DNA of 14,933 nucleotides from a virus (Duplodnaviria; Heunggongvirae; Uroviricota; Caudoviricetes): IMG/VR virus record IMGVR_UViG_3300048930_000918; one strand, 5' to 3'. Shown piece by piece: positions 9,258 to 14,933 of this stretch (position 1 is its first letter; each line of letters starts with the position of its first letter). The notes under the pieces were generated by a model. It saw only the letters and a program-made list of their open reading frames with translations, ran no database searches and was not told where the DNA came from. The position numbers and the translations under genes were made by a program.

Positions 9258-9417
9258 GTATAAATATATTATCTTAATATTGGCAATAATTATAGGTATA
9301 GGGTCTGTTTTATTTTATGGTGATGATAATGCTATAGAAGAAATATCAGAAGAGATAATCAAAACTGAGACAGGAATGGCTATTGATCTAACACCATCAT
9401 CACCTGAAAATAAATGA
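9241..9417 (+). CDS. Small single-TM membrane protein (58 aa), holin/lysis-accessory candidate; not in the supplied ORF track
   Basis: Manual translation: MKFLLRYKYIILILAIIIGIGSVLFYGDDNAIEEISEEIIKTETGMAIDLTPSSPENK*. It spans the otherwise empty 9258-9413 gap, and its TGA overlaps the lysozyme ATG (ATGA 9414-9417). Confidence 0.75.
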   Translation: MKFLLRYKYIILILAIIIGIGSVLFYGDDNAIEEISEEIIKTETGMAIDLTPSSPENK

Positions 9418-9866
9418 AGACTAGCGAAAAAGGAATAGACTTGCTTAAAATACTAGAGGAAGGTAAAGGATTCTCAGGAAAAAGTTATATCTGCCCGGCA
9501 GGTAAAAGAACAATAGGATACGGCCATGTTATATTACCGGGTGAAACAATAATTGAACCTATAACAGAGGATGAAGCAGAATATATTTTGGAAAAAGATG
9601 TGAGAATAGCTGAAGATGCTGTTAATAAATATGTTAAGATTAAGTTAACTCAGAATCAATTTGACGCCTTGGTTTGTTTTGTTTTTAATGTTGGAAAAAC
9701 CAACTTTAAAACATCAACACTATTAAAATTTATCAATAGTGAGTTATGGGAAAAAATACCAACTCAATTTATGAGATGGGTTTATCATGACAAAACTAAA
9801 TTAAAAGGTCTTGAGAATAGAAGAAAAATAGAAATAAGGTTATGGAACAATGAAAATATTGCTTAA
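9414..9866 (+). CDS. Phage lysozyme / endolysin (GH24, T4/P21-like), no SAR or signal segment
   Basis: E16...C27PAGKRT33IGYGH catalytic region; LTQNQFDALVCFVFNVG; FMRWVY...GLENRRKIE. Confidence 0.93.
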   Translation: MKTSEKGIDLLKILEEGKGFSGKSYICPAGKRTIGYGHVILPGETIIEPITEDEAEYILEKDVRIAEDAVNKYVKIKLTQNQFDALVCFVFNVGKTNFKTSTLLKFINSELWEKIPTQFMRWVYHDKTKLKGLENRRKIEIRLWNNENIA

Positions 9867-10398
9867 AGTCGGTTTGATTATAGTTTTACTATTAAATAAT
9901 TCTTTTGCATCAAAACTTGATGTCTGTTTTACACCTCCTTCTGGTTGTTCTGAAAAGATAATTGATGAAATAAATAATGCTAAGAATACTATATATGTCC
10001 AAGCGTATGGTTTTACTTCCAAGTCAATAGCTGATAGCTTAATAAATGCACATTTAAGAGGGATTAAAGTATCCATCATATTAGATAGGTCAAATATTGC
10101 TCAAAAAGGATATTCCAAACTTAAGGATTTAAAAGAGGCAGGTGTTGATATTAGTATAGATGTTGTACCGGGTATAGCTCATAATAAAGTAATGATTATT
10201 GATGAGAAAAAAGTTATTACAGGTTCATTTAACTTTACAGAAGCAGCTGATAAAAGAAATAGTGAAAACGTAATAATTATTGAAGATAAAGAAGTAGTTA
10301 AACAATACTTAAATAACTGGTATAATAGGAAAAATAAATTTATAAAATCGAATGAAAAAATTAAGTTATATAGTTACGTCTTGTTTTCTCTTTATTAA
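9850..10398 (+). CDS. Secreted phospholipase D-superfamily protein with one HKD motif (Nuc/Pld-like)
   Basis: Signal peptide MKILLKVGLIIVLLLNNSFA; HNKVMIID...ITGSFNFT...NSEN motif; CFTPPSGC and IYVQAYGFT N-terminal motifs. Confidence 0.9.
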   Translation: MKILLKVGLIIVLLLNNSFASKLDVCFTPPSGCSEKIIDEINNAKNTIYVQAYGFTSKSIADSLINAHLRGIKVSIILDRSNIAQKGYSKLKDLKEAGVDISIDVVPGIAHNKVMIIDEKKVITGSFNFTEAADKRNSENVIIIEDKEVVKQYLNNWYNRKNKFIKSNEKIKLYSYVLFSLY

Positions 10399-11032
10399 TA
10401 ACACGTACGCTGATTTACGATATAAGGCCGATTATTATATTAAAGGAGCTATAGGTTTAAATTATATTTATGATAACAAATTTGCCAATCATGAATTTGT
10501 CGGGAAAGTAGAACTATCTGACAAATTCCCTTTAATAGAATTAGGTGTGGGTATAAATTTACCTCATGATATAAGAATTGAAATTGTAGGTGATTATTAT
10601 TTTCTATTTAATACCAATGAAATATCTACAAATAAATTGAACGATAAATATACAGTTAATTCTAAAACTAAAATTGATAGTATAATGTATAATATTTATA
10701 AAAACACTATCAGTTACAATAATATCACACATTATATAGGTGGTGGTATTGGTATATCCCAAATAAAAGAAACAACAACGGGTAATATTTTATTTAACTC
10801 TGATGGTAGTACAGTTCAGTTAAAGAAACAAAGTAATAATTTTAATAAATTTGCTTATAAGTTATCAACAGGTTTAGAATTTCAAATAACTGATAATACT
10901 AAATGTGATGTTAGTTATAATTACTTTAATCTTGGTAGTAATAGAAATAAAAATATAGGTGGTATAAGTAATATTGGCAATAGAAATTATACCATACATA
11001 ACTTAACATTAGGATTGAGATTTGATATATGA
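10352..11032 (+). CDS. Outer-membrane beta-barrel protein (small OmpA-like/opacity-porin type)
   Basis: Signal peptide ending in TYA; alternating amphipathic strands (YYIKGAIG, YIGGGIGISQI, FAYKLSTGLEF, CDVSYNYFNLG); C-terminal BAM-type signal LTLGLRFDI. Confidence 0.85.
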   Translation: MKKLSYIVTSCFLFINNTYADLRYKADYYIKGAIGLNYIYDNKFANHEFVGKVELSDKFPLIELGVGINLPHDIRIEIVGDYYFLFNTNEISTNKLNDKYTVNSKTKIDSIMYNIYKNTISYNNITHYIGGGIGISQIKETTTGNILFNSDGSTVQLKKQSNNFNKFAYKLSTGLEFQITDNTKCDVSYNYFNLGSNRNKNIGGISNIGNRNYTIHNLTLGLRFDI

Positions 11033-11964
11033 AAGCAGTAACATTTGCAGAAGCCCAAAAAATAGGTGCTGAAAAAAGAGCTGCTTTTGAAGCAGCTAAG
11101 CAAGAAAAAATAAATCAGGAAAAAAATAAGTTAATAAGTGAAATAAATAGTTTAAAAACTATGTTATCTCAAAAAGATTTAGATATTACTAAAAAAAGTG
11201 AAATAATAAATAATTTACAAAAGAACGTATTAGCTTTAAAAGATAATACTATAAACCAATTAAATCAAAATATAACTGAAAGAAATAACATAATTATAAC
11301 AAAAGATAATCAAATTAGTAATTTGACAATTCAGTTAACTAACACTAGCTCTACTTTAGTATCTAAAAATAACGAAATAAATAGCTTAACAAATATAGTT
11401 TTAGTTAAAGATAAGGAAATATCGGCTTTAAAAGCAAATATTACCGGTAAGGACAATGAAATAAATTCTTTTAAACTTAGTGTTGCTAATAAAGATAAGG
11501 AAATATTAGCTTTTAAAGCTAGTCTTGGTAATAAAGATAATGAGATACGAGCTTTCAAAGCGGATATTGTTAGTAAAGATAAAGAAATACTAGCTTTTAA
11601 AGCTAGTATTGTTGATAAAGATAATGAGATAAAGTCTTTCAAAACTAATATTGTTAATAAAGATAAAGAAATATTAGCTTTGAAAGCTAATATTGTGAAT
11701 AAAGATAATGAGATATTAGCTTTCAAAGCTAGTGTTGTGGATAAAGATAGAGAAATATCAAATTTAAGTTCTGAAAATGATAAATTAAACAATATAGTTA
11801 AAGAAAAAAATCAATCGATAGAAGAGTTAAATTTAAAAATTATAGAGAACAGGGATATTTTAAATTCTAAAGAAGCAGAACTGCTTAAGTATATTGATGA
11901 TGAATTTGTTAGAATCGATATAAATGAACAAGAAGTTGTGGTTATGTTAGGTGATTCAGAATGA
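11029..11964 (+). CDS. Coiled-coil protein with ten tandem 14-aa repeats
   Basis: Heptad pattern throughout; KD(K/N)EIxA/SFKxxIVx repeats; ATGA overlaps at both ends; no signal peptide or TM segment seen. Confidence 0.85.
   Translation: MKAVTFAEAQKIGAEKRAAFEAAKQEKINQEKNKLISEINSLKTMLSQKDLDITKKSEIINNLQKNVLALKDNTINQLNQNITERNNIIITKDNQISNLTIQLTNTSSTLVSKNNEINSLTNIVLVKDKEISALKANITGKDNEINSFKLSVANKDKEILAFKASLGNKDNEIRAFKADIVSKDKEILAFKASIVDKDNEIKSFKTNIVNKDKEILALKANIVNKDNEILAFKASVVDKDREISNLSSENDKLNNIVKEKNQSIEELNLKIIENRDILNSKEAELLKYIDDEFVRIDINEQEVVVMLGDSE
11365..11784 (+). repeat. Intragenic tandem repeat, 10 x 42 bp (14 aa), with a 28-aa higher-order period
   Basis: Units start at 11365, 11407, 11449 ... 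11743 and begin KNN, KDK, KDN, KDK, KDN, KDK, KDN, KDK, KDN, KDR. Confidence 0.92.
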
Positions 11965-12209
11965 ACCAATATATAAGTTATTTAATCGATAACATAAAAG
12001 CAATAGGTGTATACGGCACATTATTAGTAGCTTTGTTTTATTTCATATATAAAATTAAATGTATATATGATGAAAACGAAATATTAAAAAAAACAGTTGA
12101 AGAACAAAATAATAATATAAAAATTCAAAAAAAATTACTCGATGTTAAACAAAACAATAAGCCTCGCACTCTTAGTGATAATTTTAAGTGGATGCGCTCA
12201 GAAAAATAA
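11961..12209 (+). CDS. Putative inner-membrane spanin (Rz-like)
   Basis: Single N-terminal TM (IGVYGTLLVALFYFIY) followed by a short coiled coil; a lipoprotein gene starts inside its 3' end. Confidence 0.65.
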   Translation: MNQYISYLIDNIKAIGVYGTLLVALFYFIYKIKCIYDENEILKKTVEEQNNNIKIQKKLLDVKQNNKPRTLSDNFKWMRSEK

Positions 12210-12384
12210 TATCTGTATATCAACACTTGATTTACCACCTATACCAATGCCGGGTAAAGATGTTGCGGACGAGCTTGAGCCATTATGTACTTCTTGTAAG
12301 TGCGAGTATTTTAATAACTGGCTCAATGAGTTATATTTATTTGAAGCTCAATATAAAATTTATAGATCAATGAGGGAGGATTAA
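12142..12384 (+). CDS. Putative outer-membrane spanin lipoprotein (Rz1-like)
   Basis: Lipoprotein signal with lipobox LSGC (Cys18), Pro-rich LPPIPMPG, additional Cys residues; overlaps the upstream TM gene by 68 nt in another frame. Confidence 0.75.
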   Translation: MLNKTISLALLVIILSGCAQKNNICISTLDLPPIPMPGKDVADELEPLCTSCKCEYFNNWLNELYLFEAQYKIYRSMRED

Positions 12385-12388
12385 GATT

Positions 12389-12877
12389 ATGGATACAATA
12401 ACACCACAAGTAAATATACCTGAAATTATCAAACAAAAAATTAGAAAAAATATTGGTATATTTAAACAAATATTAGAAGATGACAAAGAATTTGCTGATT
12501 ATATAATGTTTATTATATGTAACCCGGGGAGATATTTGGCAATTGATGTTATTAACTCTGTTTATGAGCGTTATCCTGATATAATAAAAAAATGTCAGGA
12601 AGAATATAAACCATTTCCTTTAGAAATAACTAAGTTACGTAAAATAATAAGTTCTTTATTTCATTTAGCTTGTGGAGATGATGAATTAATAATGAATGAA
12701 GTTAAAGATTATGATTTTGCTACTGCACAATTAGAACGGAAGGCTTTAGCTGATTTGTGTATAAAAGAAATTAATTTTAGGTTTAACCCTGAAGTTAATT
12801 ATATTATACACCCATTTATAATGGAAGATTATAATGTAGAATGTACAGGTGAAGATTCGGATCCAGAAGCTATTTAG
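12389..12877 (+). CDS. Hypothetical protein (162 aa, acidic C-terminus)
   Basis: GGAGG SD upstream; fills the gap; no recognised domain. Confidence 0.75.
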   Translation: MDTITPQVNIPEIIKQKIRKNIGIFKQILEDDKEFADYIMFIICNPGRYLAIDVINSVYERYPDIIKKCQEEYKPFPLEITKLRKIISSLFHLACGDDELIMNEVKDYDFATAQLERKALADLCIKEINFRFNPEVNYIIHPFIMEDYNVECTGEDSDPEAI

Positions 12878-12882
12878 TAATT

Positions 12883-14343
12883 ATGAAAAATTTATATAAT
12901 GATACAGGAAAAGATTTATTTAAAGAGCTTATTGATAAAGGTTTAGCTCCTAAAGATATTATATCTAAACTAAAAGCGAACCATGGTAAATTTTTTTCTG
13001 AAATTAAACCTAGCCAGTTAGAAGAAATTAAATATGTAAAAGATTTAGAGGAATATAACATAAAACACGCTGACATTCTTAATAGAATGTCAAAAATCGA
13101 AAGAAATAAATACTTTGAATCTAACCCAAGACCTATAAAACCAATTAATACTGATCGTCCTGAGTTACAGAAAGCTTTAGGTAGATTTACTTTAGATAGT
13201 TTAAGTAAAATAAATAATAATGATTTCCAAGGAATAAAATTAGATACTAATCTTAAATCAGGTGAATCATTGGCTAGAGGTTTGTTTAAAGATAGCCCTG
13301 GAATTAGTGAAAAAGGAAAAGCTGTTTATTTAAATCCTGACGTTAATAGGCAAGATATTTTAAGTACAATAGTACACGAAGGAAATCATGCGCTAGAACA
13401 TTATAATCCTTATATAACTAATACTATACAAGGTTTTTTAAATAAAAAATTAGATGAAGAACAAAATAAAATAGGACCAAACCAACAAGCAAATTTATCT
13501 AAAGATTATTTATTGAATCTATATAAAGGTGTTCAAAATATTATAAACTTAAATAAAGATTTCGGTGATAATTATAAGTTAACAAATTCATATCAGAATC
13601 AATTACTTACTAAAAATGAATTAGATAAACTTAATAATTTAAAAACTCCATATGGAAATTACCCTCTTAAAAATCCTATAGGAGAAAAATTCGAAGAAAT
13701 ACCAGCTTTTGCTCTTGAGACATTAATGAGAAATAATCATCTTTGGAATATTAATGAAAATACAAATGATGATAGTCGTAAATTATTACGACGTATTATG
13801 AAAGAACAACAGCAGCAATATAGAAATCTTGGACTGGTAAATACTAATCAACAGGAAGAAGGATCTGCTCGTTATAAATATAATAAAGCTAGAGTACCTA
13901 TATATGCTCCATCTGCGGATCGTCCTAATTATAATTTAGTTGATAAAGCTTTTATAGATAAAATTGAGGCGCTTAGAAAACCATTTGAAAGAAGAAAGAA
14001 TTTTAATCAAACAACTACTACAAGCACTACCCCGACTAGTATCCAAACATTTCAAAATCCCATTACTCAATCTCCATATACAAGCACTACTCCCAGTACA
14101 TATAACAATCAAAATCCTATTACTCAATTTATGAATCAAAACCAATCTTCTTATCAAGGAAATCAATTAACACAATTAATGCAACAACCTGACTCTACCA
14201 AAAGATCAAGAGAAGGTTATGATAGTGAAATAGATAATACAATTAATAAAAGATCTAGATTAAATACTATGACAACAACTACTACACCTAGTGTAAATAG
14301 GACATTTACTTTTACAACGCTTAATAGAAGGCATAGTATTTAA
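12883..14343 (+). CDS. Zincin-like metallopeptidase domain protein with a low-complexity T/S/Q/N tail (putative effector)
   Basis: TIVHEGNHALE (HEXXH at residues 165-169) preceded by VYLNP; candidate third ligand in EEIPAF (E271/E272); T/Q-rich tail with two KRSR motifs. Confidence 0.7.
   Translation: MKNLYNDTGKDLFKELIDKGLAPKDIISKLKANHGKFFSEIKPSQLEEIKYVKDLEEYNIKHADILNRMSKIERNKYFESNPRPIKPINTDRPELQKALGRFTLDSLSKINNNDFQGIKLDTNLKSGESLARGLFKDSPGISEKGKAVYLNPDVNRQDILSTIVHEGNHALEHYNPYITNTIQGFLNKKLDEEQNKIGPNQQANLSKDYLLNLYKGVQNIINLNKDFGDNYKLTNSYQNQLLTKNELDKLNNLKTPYGNYPLKNPIGEKFEEIPAFALETLMRNNHLWNINENTNDDSRKLLRRIMKEQQQQYRNLGLVNTNQQEEGSARYKYNKARVPIYAPSADRPNYNLVDKAFIDKIEALRKPFERRKNFNQTTTTSTTPTSIQTFQNPITQSPYTSTTPSTYNNQNPITQFMNQNQSSYQGNQLTQLMQQPDSTKRSREGYDSEIDNTINKRSRLNTMTTTTTPSVNRTFTFTTLNRRHSI
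14019..14128 (+). repeat. Imperfect intragenic tandem duplication (~57-60 nt unit)
   Basis: TACAAGCACTAC at 14019 and 14079; CAAAATCC(C/T)ATTACTCAAT at 14053 and 14110; encodes TSTTP...QNPITQ twice. Confidence 0.8.
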
Positions 14344-14354
14344 ATGAGTTATAA

Positions 14355-14933
14355 TTATTGTTTTAATCTCATCATATCTTGGTAATACTTATTATACTGA
14401 TTTCTATAATAATCGGCTCTTTTTGCTTCTTCTAGATATAAAGGTAATGTTCTATTTAAGTTATTAATTATCCTAATATTATCCGGGGTGTTGGATGGCA
14501 CTTTTAAAGAATTTTCCAAAAACCATTTAAATCCATGTGTTGGATTTTGTTTAGACCATGAAAAAGCATTAACATTATTAACATTGGAACTGTTATATAA
14601 ATTATCTCTCTTTGCCGCCGCTTGTTTATACTGTTCTAATCTTTCAAGATATAACTTTTGAGCATTATTAGCTTGAGCTTGTCTCTGTTGCTCTATCCTT
14701 GCTTGCTCTTGACGCACACGTTCTACCTCAGCAGCTTGTCTTTGTGCGTCCTGTTGCTGACGACGAACTCTTTCCTCTTCAGCAGTTCTTTGCTCAGCTG
14801 CTCTTCTTTCTTCTTCAGTAGCTCTTATCCTTTCATTTTCAGCTGCTCTTTCTTGCATCACTCTTTGTTGACGCTCTAGTTCTGCGCGTTTTTGCTGGTC
14901 TTGTTCCATTTGCTGGCGAGTTGCTATTTCCTG
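14355..14933 (-). CDS. E/R/Q/A-rich coiled-coil protein, probably 5'-truncated by the window edge
   Basis: The frame stays open upstream of the listed Met (14909) to the edge, reading QEIATRQQ-MEQDQQ...; highly charged helical region followed by a small non-repetitive C-terminal part. Confidence 0.75.
   Translation of the reverse strand, partial: QEIATRQQMEQDQQKRAELERQQRVMQERAAENERIRATEEERRAAEQRTAEEERVRRQQQDAQRQAAEVERVRQEQARIEQQRQAQANNAQKLYLERLEQYKQAAAKRDNLYNSSNVNNVNAFSWSKQNPTHGFKWFLENSLKVPSNTPDNIRIINNLNRTLPLYLEEAKRADYYRNQYNKYYQDMMRLKQ

Larger units (their letters stand above)
1..14933. mobile_element. Phage or prophage segment (replication module + lysis cassette + accessory cargo); boundaries lie outside the window
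   Basis: Co-oriented primase-helicase, DUF2800-like, DUF2815-like, DNA polymerase, VRR-NUC and SNF2 helicase genes, followed by lysozyme and spanin-like genes. No att site or integrase is visible, so free phage and prophage cannot be distinguished. Confidence 0.9.

Noticed and set aside
11365..11784. 42-bp periodic repeat as a CRISPR array
   Set aside because: Units are contiguous, in frame, vary largely at synonymous or conservative positions, and have no unique spacers.
11331..11792. 153-aa minus-strand ORF
   Set aside because: Antisense shadow of the coiled-coil repeats (L/S/I/A-rich mirror); no independent support.
12188..12373. 61-aa third-frame ORF embedded in the spanin pair, with a hydrophobic stretch
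   Set aside because: No SD, lies wholly within better-supported genes, and would need triple-frame coding at 12188-12209. Probably chance, though conservation in relatives would reopen it.
14658..14879. 73-aa plus-strand ORF
   Set aside because: S/L/F/C-rich antisense mirror of the E/R/Q/A-rich minus-strand gene.

Overview
AT-rich, gene-dense phage/prophage segment, almost all on the + strand, with no rRNA, tRNA or CRISPR array visible. Left part (10-9257): a DNA replication module of the type known from APSE-like and related temperate phages. It comprises an AEP/PriCT-2/VapE primase-helicase, a DUF2800-like Cas4-type exonuclease, a DUF2815-like ssDNA-binding protein, a family B DNA polymerase, an XRE HTH, a VRR-NUC nuclease and an SNF2-like helicase. 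Small unknown ORFs and a LysE/RhtB exporter are inserted into it. Middle (9241-12384): a lysis cassette with an unlisted 58-aa membrane ORF, a GH24 lysozyme and an overlapped i-spanin/o-spanin pair. Three non-lysis genes sit between lysozyme and spanins, all chained by start/stop overlaps: a secreted single-HKD PLD/Nuc protein, an outer-membrane beta-barrel and a 14-aa-repeat coiled-coil protein. Right end: an unknown 162-aa ORF, a 486-aa HEXXH metallopeptidase-like protein with a low-complexity tail carrying NLS-like motifs, and a convergent coiled-coil ORF that runs off the window. The PLD and barrel look Rickettsiales-like (inference from remembered family features, not a search). The best candidate for a new system is an endosymbiont phage carrying host-interaction cargo inside and downstream of its lysis operon. 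No integrase, capsid, terminase or tail genes are in this window.
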